A stretch of DNA of 64,000 bases, from positions 106,115 through 170,114 of the forward strand of contig NIVC01001705.1 of assembly GCA_002269645.1 (NCBI GenBank), written 5' to 3'. A program made the translations under genes and the position numbers. This stretch comes from Macrostomum lignano. Taxonomy: Eukaryota. This document shows positions 62,875 to 64,000 of the stretch, one piece after another; the first letter of the stretch is position 1, and each line of letters opens with the position of its first letter. Under the pieces are notes generated by a model. The model had not been told where the DNA came from. It searched no databases and saw nothing but the letters and a program-made list of their open reading frames with translations.

Positions 62875-63440
62875 TTTTAATCTAAAAAAATAATAAAAAA
62901 AAATGAAAGACATTTATGTTTGTAATAAATGTAATGTGACTATGCACAGAGGGCAAACAGCAAACGGAGATATATATCATATGTGTTATTCATGTTCTAA
63001 AATATATCAATTTGAAAAAACAAAAAAGATTGAAAACTCATATTACTATTTAAAAACACAATTTTAAGAAATCTTACAAGAGACATTTCTGATCCAATTT
63101 TAATTCCCGGAAATAATGTTTATTTATATAATAACTTTTTCCATTTAAATAAAGGAAAGGGATTAAGTTCGAAAGACTCCGAAAGGATTTTAATTTTAGT
63201 TGGATATTATTTCAATTTTCTTATTCGAGAGAATACAAAGTTTATAAGGATAGGTAACATACCTAACGAAATGTTATTGAAAAAGTCATTGGAATTTTTA
63301 TGTATTGATAAAAAATTTAAACCTAGAATCAGAAGAGAGTTACCACTTTGGGAAGAATATATAACATATGCATTAAATAAATTGTACTTTGTACACATGA
63401 CAAGTCATGATCGTGCCATAGGCACGCGTGCTTTGCACGA

Positions 63441-63737
63441 TTAAACAACATTAAGTTCTACAGCACTTCCTGACCGCGGGCTTTGTGCCCCAGTAGCAAT
63501 AGTTTCAGGTTCGTAAATGCCTAATGTTTCTATAGGTGGAGCTTTGGGTTTGTCCAAACGTAATTCTTTTAATTCCATATCGGTAAAAGTTTCAACATCT
63601 AAAATTCTATTTCTATCTTTTAAATATTTTTCATATAATTCAACCGCGGTTGATAATTCATGAATCGTTATCTCTCCGTCATCCAATATTTTTTGCACAT
63701 ATAAATATAATTGATTTTTATATTGTTTTGGCAACAT
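63441..63737 (-). CDS. Polinton hypothetical protein, 98 aa
   Basis: Non-repetitive ORF with plausible composition; no recognisable motif. Confidence 0.45.
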   Translation of the reverse strand: MLPKQYKNQLYLYVQKILDDGEITIHELSTAVELYEKYLKDRNRILDVETFTDMELKELRLDKPKAPPIETLGIYEPETIATGAQSPRSGSAVELNVV

Positions 63738-63949
63738 CTCTTAAGATTTATATTTTTCCTTTCTTTTTTTAAGATATAATTTAATGCTAAAAGTATTGAT
63801 AAGCTGATCAATTCAAAACCTGATATTGAGCCAATTGAAATACCTAAAAATAATTGAGATAAATTAAGAGTTGGAATAGATTGTAAAATACCTAAAACGA
63901 TTACACATAACATTGATAAGCTTCCAAATCCAATATTTGAAAAATCCAT
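63668..63949 (-). CDS. Polinton hypothetical membrane protein, 93 aa
   Basis: Two hydrophobic stretches followed by a basic KKERK segment. Confidence 0.4.
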   Translation of the reverse strand: MDFSNIGFGSLSMLCVIVLGILQSIPTLNLSQLFLGISIGSISGFELISLSILLALNYILKKERKNINLKRCCQNNIKINYIYMCKKYWMTER

Positions 63950-64000
63950 ATTTCTTATATGGTTTGAAATCTCTTCTTACTTTTTTAGCAATAAATCATA

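Larger units (their letters stand above)
56606..64000 (+). mobile_element. Polinton/Maverick (adintovirus-like) element, left part; continues beyond the window
   Basis: AGTAGT terminus at 56606; abrupt shift to AT-rich, intronless, gene-dense DNA; protein-primed PolB; Gly-rich pX-like genes. Confidence 0.85.

Overview
Eukaryotic (invertebrate metazoan) genomic DNA: GC-rich exons, poly-Q tracts, and introns filled with mini/microsatellites. The style suggests a Macrostomum-like flatworm, but that is inference only. Host genes: a spliced SLC6 transporter (minus, about 670-8588, running off the left edge); an intronless TRPV-like channel ORF with one in-frame TAA (minus, 15613-17496); an OXR1/NCOA7-type LysM-TLDc gene (plus, 31254-34270); an Lhx2/9 (apterous)-type LIM-homeobox gene (plus, about 37285-44754); and a possible CUPID/FRMD4-like coiled-coil gene (minus, about 47748-55190). 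Mobile DNA: an 8.65-kb non-coding foldback element with CACTA...TAGTG ends, 3.15-3.4-kb arms and a 4-bp TAGT target duplication (17991-26642); a 450-bp MITE inside a (TAC)n tract; a degenerate LINE RT fragment; a CORE-like SINE; and the left 7.4 kb of a Polinton/Maverick (adintovirus-like) endogenous virus from 56606. The viral segment has an AGTAGT terminus, terminal hairpins, pX-like Gly-rich core genes and a protein-primed PolB with an OTU-like domain. All six of its frameshifts can be repaired by one-base changes in short homopolymers. Most entries in the supplied ORF track are repeat artefacts.
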